A stretch of 64,000 nt of DNA from a virus: positions 96,343 through 160,342 of the IMG/VR virus record IMGVR_UViG_3300025132_000021. One strand, given 5' to 3'. This document shows positions 37,892 through 48,102 of the stretch, piece after piece (positions within the stretch are counted from its first letter, which is position 1; each line of letters begins with the position of its first letter). The position numbers and the translations under genes are program-made. Below the pieces are notes generated by a model, which saw only the letters and a program-made list of their open reading frames with translations, was not told where the DNA came from and made no database searches.

Positions 37892-38446
37892 TTACTTAAA
37901 CCTTCGTAAGATTTCGGGCAAATCTTCAATCGGGTGCATATCTTCATCGTTTTCTAACCAAACATTGGCGCAGATAGTTTGCACATCTACACCTTTGGCT
38001 TTAACTTCGTGAGCATAGTTCCAACCCATAAGTTTTACTTTGGGTTTCTTAGAATCTCCGTCGGCAGTAGTCCAAACCACGATAGCATCATCACGAACAT
38101 AACTTTTCAATTGATTAGGAGGAATCATTCGCTTGAACTTGTCCCATTGATGAGGTCGCAAACCTTTGATTTCAAGAGCCTGTCCATAAACATTCAAATC
38201 TCCTTTCAAAGTTTTGTTAGTAAAATCAATGTAGTGTTCTACAATATCTTCTTTCGGAATAAATCTTTTCAGATAAACCGCAGTTGCCTTTTCTGATTTG
38301 ACTCCAACCAGATTACTACTTATTTTATTATGATTGTAAGCACCAGAACCTTTTGAACCTTCGCCACCATAATGATTGACGATATTTTCAGCGTGTTGCT
38401 GACACCACTTTAATTCTTTCGGGAATAGTTTGACTGTGGCTACCAT
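37892..38446 (-). CDS. small PD-(D/E)XK nuclease-fold protein
   Basis: GVKSE...GDL...LEIKG pattern. Confidence 0.5.
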   Translation of the reverse strand: MVATVKLFPKELKWCQQHAENIVNHYGGEGSKGSGAYNHNKISSNLVGVKSEKATAVYLKRFIPKEDIVEHYIDFTNKTLKGDLNVYGQALEIKGLRPHQWDKFKRMIPPNQLKSYVRDDAIVVWTTADGDSKKPKVKLMGWNYAHEVKAKGVDVQTICANVWLENDEDMHPIEDLPEILRRFK

Positions 38447-38743
38447 GTTTCCTCAAGACTCCTACACCATCAATCTACTTAAACCTTTGGTTAAAGTTCA
38501 GAGGGTGAACCTGCACCTTCCCAACAAGATTTTTGACAATACCAATCGTGAAATGGATTATGATTGCGATTGATGATGAGTTCTGTTGAATCGGCCTTAC
38601 GCCCACAAAAAGCACATTTCATTAGAGCCTCCCTCCAAAAACATTACAGCCAACACAACAACCATTCTGTTTGAAACAAGAAAGTTCTCGGTAATCCCAA
38701 AGAACCTTTCCACAAAGTTGGCAGGAAACTTCATCACTCATTA

Positions 38744-38974
38744 TTACCACCACTTCTCTGTTTGCTTGTATGCGTGCTTTACAACTTTAGCAGGGTCTTC
38801 CCATTTCTCCAGAGGAATCTTTATTTCCGATTTACAGTTTTCATTCTTACAGATGACTTCAATAAATCCATACTCATGTTTCTTCTTATTTCTTGTGGGG
38901 TGAAATATAACTACGGCTTGTTCTTGATGACAAATGATACAATGTTTGTTCTCTTCTGCGTGTATGGTGTCCAT
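38744..38974 (-). CDS. small Zn-binding protein
   Basis: CIIC...CKNENC; GTTAAGTA upstream. Confidence 0.55.
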   Translation of the reverse strand: MDTIHAEENKHCIICHQEQAVVIFHPTRNKKKHEYGFIEVICKNENCKSEIKIPLEKWEDPAKVVKHAYKQTEKWW

Positions 38975-39339
38975 ACATAATAGTATGGTGCATCTAACTA
39001 CTTAACCATTCGCTTCGCTCTTTCGCTGTTGCGTTTCATGTTGGCAGTAGTGTTAATACCATATCGCCAAATATCAATCAATGCTAAAGTTAGCAACACT
39101 CCAAAACTCGCTAAGACAATTTCCCAGACCATAGATTAACTATGACCGACGACTGTTATGAACTTTACATAGCGTCCATCAATTTCTTGAGGTGTTTCCT
39201 CAAAACTTCAATTGGTTCTTTGAGATATTCCTTTCTATCCCACGCTTGCACAACATTTAGTGCAGCCAGCAGCACTTCCTCATTATGATAGTTCCCATCC
39301 ATCACTTAGTCCTAAATCATACTGTGATATAAACTTTCA

Positions 39340-39472
39340 GGTTGAACTTGACCAGATAAGGGTATTTCCCTCCCCGGATAAGGGAGGCGCATAGCGACGG
39401 GAAAAGGCTGTTCCTGTAACGGAAGCGAAGCGACGACCCTACCGAGGGCTACGAAAGTTTTCTCGGTAGATG
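39340..39472 (-). ncRNA. structured element 3' of the HNH gene, homologous to 18057..18168
   Basis: CTACCGAG/CTCGGTAG stem, then a hairpin series sharing TCG.AGCCCTC, GCTTCGC, ACAGG, GCTAYGC and ATCCGGGGAG with the 18.1-kb element. Confidence 0.5.
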
Positions 39473-39473
39473 A

Positions 39474-40349
39474 CTACTGGATTCCCGGTTTGTCTAATGG
39501 TGGTGCTTCTAAATAATTCAACAAACTTTTAGCCCAAACTTCAGGACAATCATGCTTCTTAATCAAACCTTCCATCGTATTACAATGGCTACATAGCACA
39601 CCACGAATCTTACCTGTCTCATGGTCATGGTCAATACAAGCAATCTTAGGATTACTTGCCCCGCCGTTTCTGTGTTCTATATCAGTTCCACAGATTTGAC
39701 AATTATGAACAGTCATAATATGGTTCTTTAACACATGAGCCGTAGTAGAATACTTGCCTTTCTTCATCACACAGGCTCCACATACCATTACGCTTTCATC
39801 TAAGTCAAAAGTCATAGCAATACCTTTTTGCCCAGAGATTCCACAGCACCAACAAGTTTCACCTTTGTATTGTTCGTGGCTAACGCAAGTGCTACAAAGT
39901 TGATAAGTGCTATTCGTGATACGACGAAACTCTCCACAACTTTGGCATTCTGCCTCGGTTCTGGTTCTGATTCTATCTGCTTTTGGCACAGTGATTAAAT
40001 CTGTATCCTTAAAAGTTGGCGGTCGCTCAACCCATGCTTCACGGTATTCCAAAAATCTTTCCCATGCCCAACCTTTACATTTTCTGGACCAAACTTTATG
40101 GCAGCCATTACAAAGCATTTTATTTTCTTTGATATGAAAGGCTTCGTCTGCTTGACAAACTTTTCCGCAACTATCACAAGTTTCTTGATTATATCTCCAT
40201 TTATTAGCACAGCCCGCACACAATTGATATTTACCTTGCCAAATAGCAGCCAGTTCATTACAACCACCACGACAAATGCCTAAGCCTTTGTTTTTGATTC
40301 GTTGTTCAGGAGAAACTTCTGGTAACGGACAGTTTCGCCATGCTACCAT
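39474..40349 (-). CDS. Endonuclease VII-type HNH nuclease with multiple N-terminal CxxC zinc fingers
   Basis: CQICG..IDHDHETGKIRGVLCSHCN; repeated YQLCxxC..ETCxxCG units; TTTAAGTA at 40379 gives start 40349. Confidence 0.85.
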   Translation of the reverse strand: MVAWRNCPLPEVSPEQRIKNKGLGICRGGCNELAAIWQGKYQLCAGCANKWRYNQETCDSCGKVCQADEAFHIKENKMLCNGCHKVWSRKCKGWAWERFLEYREAWVERPPTFKDTDLITVPKADRIRTRTEAECQSCGEFRRITNSTYQLCSTCVSHEQYKGETCWCCGISGQKGIAMTFDLDESVMVCGACVMKKGKYSTTAHVLKNHIMTVHNCQICGTDIEHRNGGASNPKIACIDHDHETGKIRGVLCSHCNTMEGLIKKHDCPEVWAKSLLNYLEAPPLDKPGIQ

Positions 40350-40366
40350 ACTACTTCTAAAGTGTA

Positions 40367-40597
40367 TCACTTACTTAAACTATCTTCAGGCGCACAGCCT
40401 TCGCAACAATAAAGATAACCACCTTGCATAATATCAAAGTCCTCATGGCAGACCCGACAAACTCGGTGTCGCCATCTAAGAGCATAACAAACAACCAAAC
40501 GGGCTTCTTCAAGGCTTACTGCGGCCTCGTTTTGAATTAAACCACTCTCTACGGTCAAGCCTTTTACTTGACACCATGATTCCAGCATAGTAGGCAT
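40367..40597 (-). CDS. small Cys-rich protein
   Basis: CRVC...YCCEGC. Confidence 0.5.
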   Translation of the reverse strand: MPTMLESWCQVKGLTVESGLIQNEAAVSLEEARLVVCYALRWRHRVCRVCHEDFDIMQGGYLYCCEGCAPEDSLSK

Positions 40598-40636
40598 AGG
40601 TCGTCAGACCTACATAAAACTAACGACTACTTAAAT

Positions 40637-40969
40637 CTATTCATCCCAGCGTGATTCTACATAGGATTCAGAATCTCTGTCCCAAAACATCAGAGATAGA
40701 GTCGGTGGATTTGGTCGGTGCATATACACCACATCATAAGATTTCAAAAATGCTACGGTGCATTGAGTTAGTCCCGTGATAAACAAACGAATATGATTTT
40801 GTTTCTTACCCAAACGATTGAACCAACCTAATGCTCTGGATTCTAACCATTCCATATCAAGCATACGCTCTGTGGGAATAGATTCCCACACCGCTTCGCT
40901 TACCGCCGCATCTTGCCATGTGATTTCGTGTCGCCCTTTAATCAATGCTACATTTACTTCTTCACTCAT
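40637..40969 (-). CDS. hypothetical protein
   Basis: ORF track; GGAGG SD. Confidence 0.6.
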   Translation of the reverse strand: MSEEVNVALIKGRHEITWQDAAVSEAVWESIPTERMLDMEWLESRALGWFNRLGKKQNHIRLFITGLTQCTVAFLKSYDVVYMHRPNPPTLSLMFWDRDSESYVESRWDE

Positions 40970-41114
40970 AATTCATTCCTCCGCCTTCAATATCCATAAA
41001 TCCGCACTTCGGACAATACCAAACTTCATGTTTCTCAATCCGTGTGGGTGCTAAGACCATCATGCTACGACAAATCGGACACGGTGGACCCGTGGGTCTC
41101 CGATAGGTCATCAT
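40962..41114 (-). CDS. small Zn-ribbon protein (CPIC..CPKCG), not in ORF track
   Basis: 50-aa ORF. Confidence 0.55.
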   Translation of the reverse strand: MMTYRRPTGPPCPICRSMMVLAPTRIEKHEVWYCPKCGFMDIEGGGMNYE

Positions 41115-41125
41115 AGGGCATCACT

Positions 41126-41569
41126 TCAGTTGTAGCGGTTGTTGTATTCCGCATAGAGTTCATCGGTCAAATCAAAGATTTGCTGAACCATATTCTGTGG
41201 TTGATTCTCGGCATCCATTTGCGCTGCAATCAAAGCCGTAGCATTGTTCAAACACATACCCAAAGTAATGCGTTGTTGTGTAGACATTACTCCTGCACTG
41301 GAGTCGCCAATGTAAATCTTTTCACCACTTGGAGAAATTAGCGTAATCTTTGCGTGTTCGGACTTGCTAACCAAAGCAAATTGCACCTTAGAGCCTTCCG
41401 CAGACTTAAACTTACCTGCATATCGCCCTTTCAGGTCAAACATTCCAATCTCGCCTTTAGGATTTGAAACACCAGCAGGCCCTTTGAAGTAATATCTTAG
41501 GGTTTCTCCTCGTTCAAATCTTTTAGCATCGTATCCATCTTCGCATTCAATTTCTATATTTACGCTCAT
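41126..41569 (-). CDS. hypothetical protein
   Basis: ORF track; GGAGATGA SD. Confidence 0.65.
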   Translation of the reverse strand: MSVNIEIECEDGYDAKRFERGETLRYYFKGPAGVSNPKGEIGMFDLKGRYAGKFKSAEGSKVQFALVSKSEHAKITLISPSGEKIYIGDSSAGVMSTQQRITLGMCLNNATALIAAQMDAENQPQNMVQQIFDLTDELYAEYNNRYN

Positions 41570-41636
41570 CTTATCATCTCCTAACCATTCTGGTCGGTTC
41601 TTACTTTACCATAGGTCAGATGACCCTAATAAAGTT

Positions 41637-42203
41637 TTAGTCCAAACGGATTTCTCTCCACTCTACACGACCTGCTTTGATTAAATCACGAATCCTGCGT
41701 TGCTTAGTAGTCAATTGCGATTTCGCAGCCTTAACATCAAGTAGCACCACTTTACCTTCGGCCATATTCTTTTCTTTATCTTTATACCATTCCCAAACCA
41801 CATAGTCTAATGGATTACCCAGAAAACTCCAATCTTCGGGTTTCCATGCCTCATCAATCTGGTCGTGATTCAAGAACGGTGTCCATTTCTCAAGGATTTG
41901 ACCTTTACTACTATGGGCGGATTGCGCCCTGCCCTTCTGATGACGAACTTCATTTTTCAAAGTTTGGATTTCATCGTCCCGACGGATAATATGGTTCTCC
42001 ATATCTTCTCGTAAAGTTTGCATCTGTGTTTGTAGAGTTAATTGTTGTTCTTCTAAATGTTTCTTACCCTCTGTGGCGATGGCTAAAGCCAAAGTTTCTT
42101 CTTGTATTTTAGTTTCCAATGATTTTACCTTTTGAAAGTAATACCAAATACCAAATGCAAAACTGGCAACTTCAGCAATAATTACAATCCAAAGCCAAAG
42201 CAT
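41637..42203 (-). CDS. membrane-anchored Holliday-junction-resolvase-like endonuclease
   Basis: TM plus coiled coil, then GQILEKWTPFL, FLGNPLDYVV, DVK, SQLTTKQRRIRD..GRVEW. Confidence 0.8.
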   Translation of the reverse strand: MLWLWIVIIAEVASFAFGIWYYFQKVKSLETKIQEETLALAIATEGKKHLEEQQLTLQTQMQTLREDMENHIIRRDDEIQTLKNEVRHQKGRAQSAHSSKGQILEKWTPFLNHDQIDEAWKPEDWSFLGNPLDYVVWEWYKDKEKNMAEGKVVLLDVKAAKSQLTTKQRRIRDLIKAGRVEWREIRLD

Positions 42204-42229
42204 TAGTTAAGAATGTCCGAGGAAGTATT

Positions 42230-42751
42230 TCAATCTTCCTTTTTCGCTTCCCTGACTAACAACGACACAAACTTTCCTACCTCATTACTATATGGGGTGG
42301 GTTGAATATCCTCAAACAATTCCATACTGGCTCTATTGGTAGGCCATTCGGCTATGCCTCTTAATGAGATTGGGTAGCCGAGCATCATTAGAGCCGTCCA
42401 ATCTGGAATAGTTGCTCTTAGCAACGACTCAATTCTCCAATCACGACTTGCTCTTAATTGTTGTATCATCATTAAAATTGTTTCGTCTTCGTCTTCATCG
42501 GTGCTAACCTCTGGATACGGGTTATCAATATCTCCTTTCAAACTTGTTTCCAGAATATACAGCATACTTAAATCTAATCTAAACCTTTCGTGGTCTGGCA
42601 TCTTCTTAACTTTATCACCTTCAATCATTGAATTGAGATACTCCGCACTATATGGAATAAATATGTAATCTGTTTCGGAAATAGGAGATAGCCAAACTAC
42701 CACTAATTGATGGTTATTAGCACACCAGTTAATCGGAAGGGCAGATGTCAT
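42230..42751 (-). CDS. hypothetical protein
   Basis: ORF track; ATTAAGTA at 42782. Confidence 0.65.
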   Translation of the reverse strand: MTSALPINWCANNHQLVVVWLSPISETDYIFIPYSAEYLNSMIEGDKVKKMPDHERFRLDLSMLYILETSLKGDIDNPYPEVSTDEDEDETILMMIQQLRASRDWRIESLLRATIPDWTALMMLGYPISLRGIAEWPTNRASMELFEDIQPTPYSNEVGKFVSLLVREAKKED

Positions 42752-42781
42752 CAATTACACCTTTGCACTACGACTACTTAA

Positions 42782-43744
42782 TCATTCACTTGATGCAGGG
42801 TTATCAGGGTTTAGCCCCAATACACCACACATCTCTTTGAAACGATTACGAATAGTGACTTCGGTTACACCTGCAACATCAGCCACTTCACGCTGGGTTC
42901 TGCGATTCTCCATGAGAATACCTGCCAAGTAAATACTTGCTGCGGCAATACCTGTTGGACCACGGCCAGCCATAGCAGCATGGTTCTGGGTTTTATCCAA
43001 AAGTTCCATAGCCTTTGATTGAACCTTAGTTGGTAGGTTAAGGTCTGTGCAGAAACGAGGCACATACTCAATAGGCATGGTTGGTGGAACACGAACCTTC
43101 AAGGCTTTGCATAGCGCACGATAGGTGCGTCCAATTTCCTTGCGTCCTGTCTTGCTGTAAGCCCCGACTTCATCCAAAGTGCGAGCATTACCACTACGAC
43201 GACAAGCGGTAAAGATACACGCAGCCACCATACCTTCAATACTACGACCACGAACCAACTTGGCTTCAACGGCTTTACGATAAATATAAGCAGCCTCTTC
43301 ACGAACAGAAGTAGGCAATCCCATACGACCCGCCAATCTTTCAAGTTCACCCAGAGCCAACACAAGGTTGCGTTCTGTGCTGTTGCGAACACGGGTTCTG
43401 GAATGCTGACGGCGCATACGGTTGATACGCTTTGCCGCATCACCAGAAATCTTAGCACCTGCATAGTCTTTGTTTTGCCAACCCATATCAGTTGTCAAAC
43501 CTTTGTCGTGCAAGAGATTTGTAGACGGCATACCTGTGCGTTCTTGAGAAGCACCTTCACCATCAGAGAAAACACGCCAGTCCTTACCATAATCAATTTC
43601 ATAGTCTTGACGCACCATGCCACATAGTTTGCACCATGTTTCGCCTCGTCCTTCGTCCTTATGCCAATCCTTTGCACCGCATTCTTCGCAAGGTTGGTCG
43701 TCTTCGTGCATATAATGGTGTTCTGTATCATCTTTCTTTGTCAT
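42782..43744 (-). CDS. tfb: transcription initiation factor IIB (TFB)
   Basis: Zn ribbon CEECG..CKLCG, IDYGKDWRVF, HDKGLTT, ERNL..AL, two cyclin repeats GRSIE and GRGPTG, VAGVTEVTIRNRFKE; GGAGTGA SD before ATG 43744. Confidence 0.95.
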   Translation of the reverse strand: MTKKDDTEHHYMHEDDQPCEECGAKDWHKDEGRGETWCKLCGMVRQDYEIDYGKDWRVFSDGEGASQERTGMPSTNLLHDKGLTTDMGWQNKDYAGAKISGDAAKRINRMRRQHSRTRVRNSTERNLVLALGELERLAGRMGLPTSVREEAAYIYRKAVEAKLVRGRSIEGMVAACIFTACRRSGNARTLDEVGAYSKTGRKEIGRTYRALCKALKVRVPPTMPIEYVPRFCTDLNLPTKVQSKAMELLDKTQNHAAMAGRGPTGIAAASIYLAGILMENRRTQREVADVAGVTEVTIRNRFKEMCGVLGLNPDNPASSE

Positions 43745-43749
43745 CTGTA

Positions 43750-44211
43750 TCACTCCTCTCCCCATGTCTTAAATCGCAATTCGGCAATATAAGCATCACC
43801 GGGAATGTTATCTGTTAGGTCATCTGACCCAGAGGCTCTTACATGAACCGTAAAGTTTCCACTTTGATTAAAAGTGTGATTAAACTCTTGAATTAGAGTG
43901 TCGTTAGTTTCATAAGACCAAGTGTAGTTATCGTGAACCAAACTAAGGTTAAACATTCCTTTGTCCCAAACTAAGGAATCGTGAAAGCGGGTGTATAAGT
44001 CAATATACAACACAGTGGATTCATTGAGCGTGATGTTAAAAGATTCACCATAAGACATAGGTGCTGCATTATTGAATTGATAGGAACTATTGTTATAATG
44101 CCAATTGTAAGTCGGTTCTTCCACTGTTTGTGAAGTATTACCATCAGCAGTTGCCAAGCAACCTGCCAGCATCATCATTAAAATTATCGGAATTGTTCTC
44201 AATTGGTTCAT
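43750..44211 (-). CDS. putative lipoprotein
   Basis: LAGC lipobox after a hydrophobic N-terminus; many NxS/T sequons. Confidence 0.65.
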   Translation of the reverse strand: MNQLRTIPIILMMMLAGCLATADGNTSQTVEEPTYNWHYNNSSYQFNNAAPMSYGESFNITLNESTVLYIDLYTRFHDSLVWDKGMFNLSLVHDNYTWSYETNDTLIQEFNHTFNQSGNFTVHVRASGSDDLTDNIPGDAYIAELRFKTWGEE

Positions 44212-44277
44212 AAACTTGCCCCTCACTACTCGTATATGCCCACCACCCTTATTAAGTTGTAGGTTTCTTTCATATAA

Positions 44278-44580
44278 CTACTCGCCATCCTCTGGGATTA
44301 CGATAATTACATTTCCGTCTTTCCAATACTCTATGGCCTTGTATAGTTTCTCAAAGTCTTGCCCATGTTTGTTTTGGAAAAATAAGTATTCATCAGCACG
44401 ACCCACAATCCATTGGCCTAAGTCCTCTAATTCTTCTTTAGTCATTAGAGATTCGTCGCAATAGATAATAACCCACACGCCTCTGTGTTTCTTAGCATAC
44501 GCTTGTGCGCCTCGCTTGGTTTTGTAGTGCCTCCAATAATCCCACCACTTTTTGTTGCCCGTGTCTTCCCTTACTCCCAT
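44278..44580 (-). CDS. hypothetical protein
   Basis: ORF track; CTTAAATA upstream. Confidence 0.6.
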   Translation of the reverse strand: MGVREDTGNKKWWDYWRHYKTKRGAQAYAKKHRGVWVIIYCDESLMTKEELEDLGQWIVGRADEYLFFQNKHGQDFEKLYKAIEYWKDGNVIIVIPEDGE

Positions 44581-44620
44581 ACTATACCATTACGGGGTTT
44601 CCCCTATTTAAGTGTTACGG

Positions 44621-45181
44621 TTAATCCCACTGTTTGAGCATGGCCTTCACTAATGGATAATCGGCATACAGAGGATTGAAACGATATTCTTTAGACTTGC
44701 TTGAACCCGTTTGGCGGGACTCTAACAAATGTCGGAACATACTTAGATTAGAAGAAACTGAACTGGTAGTCAAAGTCCATAAAGTTATTCTGTCGTCCAG
44801 AAACTTTGCGATGTCTCCTGCCGACCACCATTCTTTAGGACTATCTCGCAACAATCTAAAAATCATATACCGTAGAAAACCTTTGCTACCCTTAAGTTTT
44901 TTACGAGCAGCGTTATGACAACTACGATTACAAAAACTTCTGTTAGCCTTGCTATGGTAATACTTTAGTTCTGTGGGTTTTCCGCAACTATCACAATGAC
45001 TTTCAATCACAGGATATTTTACTTGATTACGATGATGTTTGTTATCGCTCTTAGGAACAAGTTTGTAGCCATCAGTCACATACCGATAACAATACAGACT
45101 ACAAAAATTATGTTGAGTTAAGTTATGTGGATTACAGGAACTAAATACGCTTCTATCGCAAGCAGGATTAGCGCACTTCAT
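44621..45181 (-). CDS. Zn-finger plus winged-HTH putative regulator
   Basis: FCSLYC, CDSCG..RSFCNRSC, C-terminal wHTH-like; paralogue of 61789..62340. Confidence 0.6.
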   Translation of the reverse strand: MKCANPACDRSVFSSCNPHNLTQHNFCSLYCYRYVTDGYKLVPKSDNKHHRNQVKYPVIESHCDSCGKPTELKYYHSKANRSFCNRSCHNAARKKLKGSKGFLRYMIFRLLRDSPKEWWSAGDIAKFLDDRITLWTLTTSSVSSNLSMFRHLLESRQTGSSKSKEYRFNPLYADYPLVKAMLKQWD

Positions 45182-45334
45182 ACCAACACAGCCCGACGAA
45201 TCATAGTAAAAAGAACTTCGTCAGTATTTTCAAGTTCCATAGCGTGTCGCTCGGCATCGTTGCGGTTATCATACAATAACTCGCTCACATCACGGCGACC
45301 ATCTACAAACTCAAGTAGAATAACATATCGTTGC

Positions 45335-45631
45335 TTAGACTCGCTCATACGGATACCCCTCTGCATACCTCATACCTGATAGACCCCAAATGGCTACCAG
45401 ATGACTCTTACTCTTCAACAAAGAAGAATTGTGAGTCGTTCCCACTTTAACAAATCTACTATCACCATTCAAAGCAGCAGTAATACTGCGTGCTGATGGT
45501 GCGTGTCTGAAACGAGCCGACAGTTGTTGCTCAATATCTACACTTCTCATGGCTCTCATTTCTAACATACCCCGAACCGCAGGTATCCATTTCTTTTGCT
45601 TACTCATGTAATCACCCGTTGTGGCGAGCAA
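45335..45631 (-). CDS. small wHTH-like protein
   Basis: helical pattern ending in a wing-like VAIWGL. Confidence 0.45.
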   Translation of the reverse strand: MLATTGDYMSKQKKWIPAVRGMLEMRAMRSVDIEQQLSARFRHAPSARSITAALNGDSRFVKVGTTHNSSLLKSKSHLVAIWGLSGMRYAEGYPYERV

Positions 45632-45839
45632 TTTCTAACATCTTTCTGACGGCATTTGTGTGCTTACAGTTCTTGTAGTGTCGGAAACCCAAGCAATCGC
45701 ATTTCAAATCGTCTGACCACCTAATCACGGTGTATTGCTTTGTTCCATCACTACTCTTAACATTCCAAACATCGTTGCCCTTTCGTTCAACGCTGTTATT
45801 GATAATCACAGTCCATGCCTTCATCTCTTTGTTTTCCAT
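45612..45839 (-). CDS. SWIM zinc-finger protein
   Basis: VKSS..QYTV..CDC......CKH. Confidence 0.75.
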   Translation of the reverse strand: MENKEMKAWTVIINNSVERKGNDVWNVKSSDGTKQYTVIRWSDDLKCDCLGFRHYKNCKHTNAVRKMLEIARHNG

Positions 45840-46002
45840 TGGCTCACCATATCTACATAGTGTAAGCACTGATATAAACTTTATGCAAAAACAGCGAATA
45901 AAGCCAAAAATACAACTGCACTTAGAATTAAATATGGCAACACCTTAACGGAGGCTGTGTCTGTTGGAGGTTCATACAAACCCCACCCACCTCCTAATTT
46001 AC

Positions 46003-46548
46003 TCATATCCATTCTCTCCTGAAATCTTTAGTGAAAAAGTTTGTCTGTAACACGCTGTTCGTCTTCAGTAAAACTCCAGAAGATTTATCGGAAACTTTTA
46101 GCCCGGGTTTCATCTTAAGATAATTAGTGCTTCTTGTTCCCATCTTAATATCTTGGAATAAAGTTTTCATATCTTGAGTATTATTTAGATTAACCAGAAT
46201 GGTTGCTTTATGATAGTTTAACATGATTTCACAAATACAATCTAAACCATCTCCTAAGTCCATAACTGTATCTACCCAATCAATCAATGTGTCAGGCAAA
46301 TCGTCTTCTATACCAAAGAGATACAATCCATCTTGTTTGCGAGGTGTTCCATACATAGCCACACCAATAAGTTTTGGTTCGTCCATTAGTTCTTCATCAT
46401 AACCAATCACAGGAAAAAGTTCTGCACTCCTCCAGTTACGAAGATAAGTTTTACCTAACTCTCTGATGTGTCCTTCTAAAGATTCTTCAGAATCATATTT
46501 AGATTCTAAATACTTTTGCCATTCAGAAGGGCTGTTCCAGACGGACAT
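46003..46548 (-). CDS. hypothetical protein
   Basis: TTTATATC at 46578 gives start 46548. Confidence 0.7.
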   Translation of the reverse strand: MSVWNSPSEWQKYLESKYDSEESLEGHIRELGKTYLRNWRSAELFPVIGYDEELMDEPKLIGVAMYGTPRKQDGLYLFGIEDDLPDTLIDWVDTVMDLGDGLDCICEIMLNYHKATILVNLNNTQDMKTLFQDIKMGTRSTNYLKMKPGLKVSDKSSGVLLKTNSVLQTNFFTKDFRREWI

Positions 46549-46579
46549 ATACCTACTATGTAATTTCAGTGATATAAAA

Positions 46580-47485
46580 CTATGCAGTAGAAATATAACC
46601 GCCGTATCTTTTACCACCGAGAGTCATTAGTGGCACAACGCCATAGCCGCCTGCTTTCTTAGCATCTGCGTATTTCCAACCGCTTGGTCGCATTCGGTCA
46701 AAACCGCCGCCGCTTGGCACGGTAATATCATACCACGCACCTTTGATAAAACCTTTCCACTTGATTCGGTCTCCCGGTTTTAGGTCAGCGAACTCTTTGG
46801 CTTCTTTTCCTTGTAGCATAGCCAACGCAATAGTTTGTCCATCAACAGCCAAACCCACTGGGAACAATAAAGTGTCAGAACTTACAGTATAAGGACCTTT
46901 AATATCCTTAAACTTTTCAAATGCACGGCATTCTGGACAAGTCTTTCCTGCTTTACTATCTTTCCATTTCTCATCAGTTGTCCATTTGTTTCCACAGTTG
47001 GTGCATTGACGGTCAATCATAACATAATCAATCACTGTATTGTAAGGTCCTGATTCAAAGGCCGTAGTAGATTTTCTTTTAGTTCCTGTTCGCAAGTCCA
47101 AACCTTTGGTGACTACAAAAGTTAAGTCATCTTGGCCTGCGGAACGCTGCGCTCTGGTAGGAATGTTTTCTTTACCATTGGATTTATTCATAGCCGAAAG
47201 CACTTCCCAAAACTTTCCCCATTTCTTATTAGTAATCGGATATTTAACTTGAGGAGATTTAACCGAGTGTCCTCCATAAGAACTTTTGGCTTTTTTAGAC
47301 CCGCTACTGGTTCGGGTAGTTGTTCTGCTTAGGGTGCTGCTGGACTCCTCATCACGAGTTGCGGCTAATAATTCATCAAAAAAAGCATCGGGCGCATCGT
47401 TAGTATCATGCCAAAAATTGATAATAGGTGTATCTGCCCACTGCTTGCGAGCCTCTATCAATTCTTTTTCTTCTTTAGAAACCAT
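46580..47485 (-). CDS. hypothetical basic protein with Zn ribbon
   Basis: CTNCG..CPEC; TTTAAGTA at 47515 (-30). Confidence 0.7.
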   Translation of the reverse strand: MVSKEEKELIEARKQWADTPIINFWHDTNDAPDAFFDELLAATRDEESSSTLSRTTTRTSSGSKKAKSSYGGHSVKSPQVKYPITNKKWGKFWEVLSAMNKSNGKENIPTRAQRSAGQDDLTFVVTKGLDLRTGTKRKSTTAFESGPYNTVIDYVMIDRQCTNCGNKWTTDEKWKDSKAGKTCPECRAFEKFKDIKGPYTVSSDTLLFPVGLAVDGQTIALAMLQGKEAKEFADLKPGDRIKWKGFIKGAWYDITVPSGGGFDRMRPSGWKYADAKKAGGYGVVPLMTLGGKRYGGYISTA

Positions 47486-47510
47486 GAATAATAGTGAGCC
47501 TTACTGCTAC

Positions 47511-48101
47511 TTAAAGACTTACCCACACTTGTCGGGGAACTCCCATCAAGCCCTCACGCTCTTTGAATTGTTTTTTCTTAGCCATTTCTAAAAAGTTTCT
47601 ATTGTTTAGACCATATCCACTACCACCAACTAATACAGCAGGTGCAAGATTTAACTTTTCACGGTGCGCTTTAATTACAACTCTAAATAATGATTGGTAA
47701 TCTTCTGCATCTAACCAAAAATAACCTTCTTCATAAGTTGCTTCTCCAATCCATTCGTGTTCGGTGCGGTGGTCTTCACCCACTGCTCGCAAACTTTCCA
47801 TTTCTTGGTCTAACTTTGGAGGTGTTGCCATTTCATGTTGGCAATTAGCGCAAGTTCCTTTAGATTTAGATTTATCATAAACTATTCCAAAACAATAATC
47901 TCTTTGTTTCATGCTTCTTTTGGTTTCTACTTTTCCTGTGCGGGGATTGTGCTGTTTGAGTTCACTACATTCTGGACAAAAGACTACACTGGCAACAAAA
48001 GTTTCTGTTTTACCAAACTGGTGGTGATAACCAGCCTTTTCTACAACTGGTTCGTAATACTCAAAGCCTGTAATGGCCTGACCAACTTCAACTTGTTTCA
48101 T
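47511..48101 (-). CDS. hypothetical Zn-binding protein
   Basis: CPEC..CANC. Confidence 0.6.
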   Translation of the reverse strand: MKQVEVGQAITGFEYYEPVVEKAGYHHQFGKTETFVASVVFCPECSELKQHNPRTGKVETKRSMKQRDYCFGIVYDKSKSKGTCANCQHEMATPPKLDQEMESLRAVGEDHRTEHEWIGEATYEEGYFWLDAEDYQSLFRVVIKAHREKLNLAPAVLVGGSGYGLNNRNFLEMAKKKQFKEREGLMGVPRQVWVSL

Positions 48102-48102
48102 T

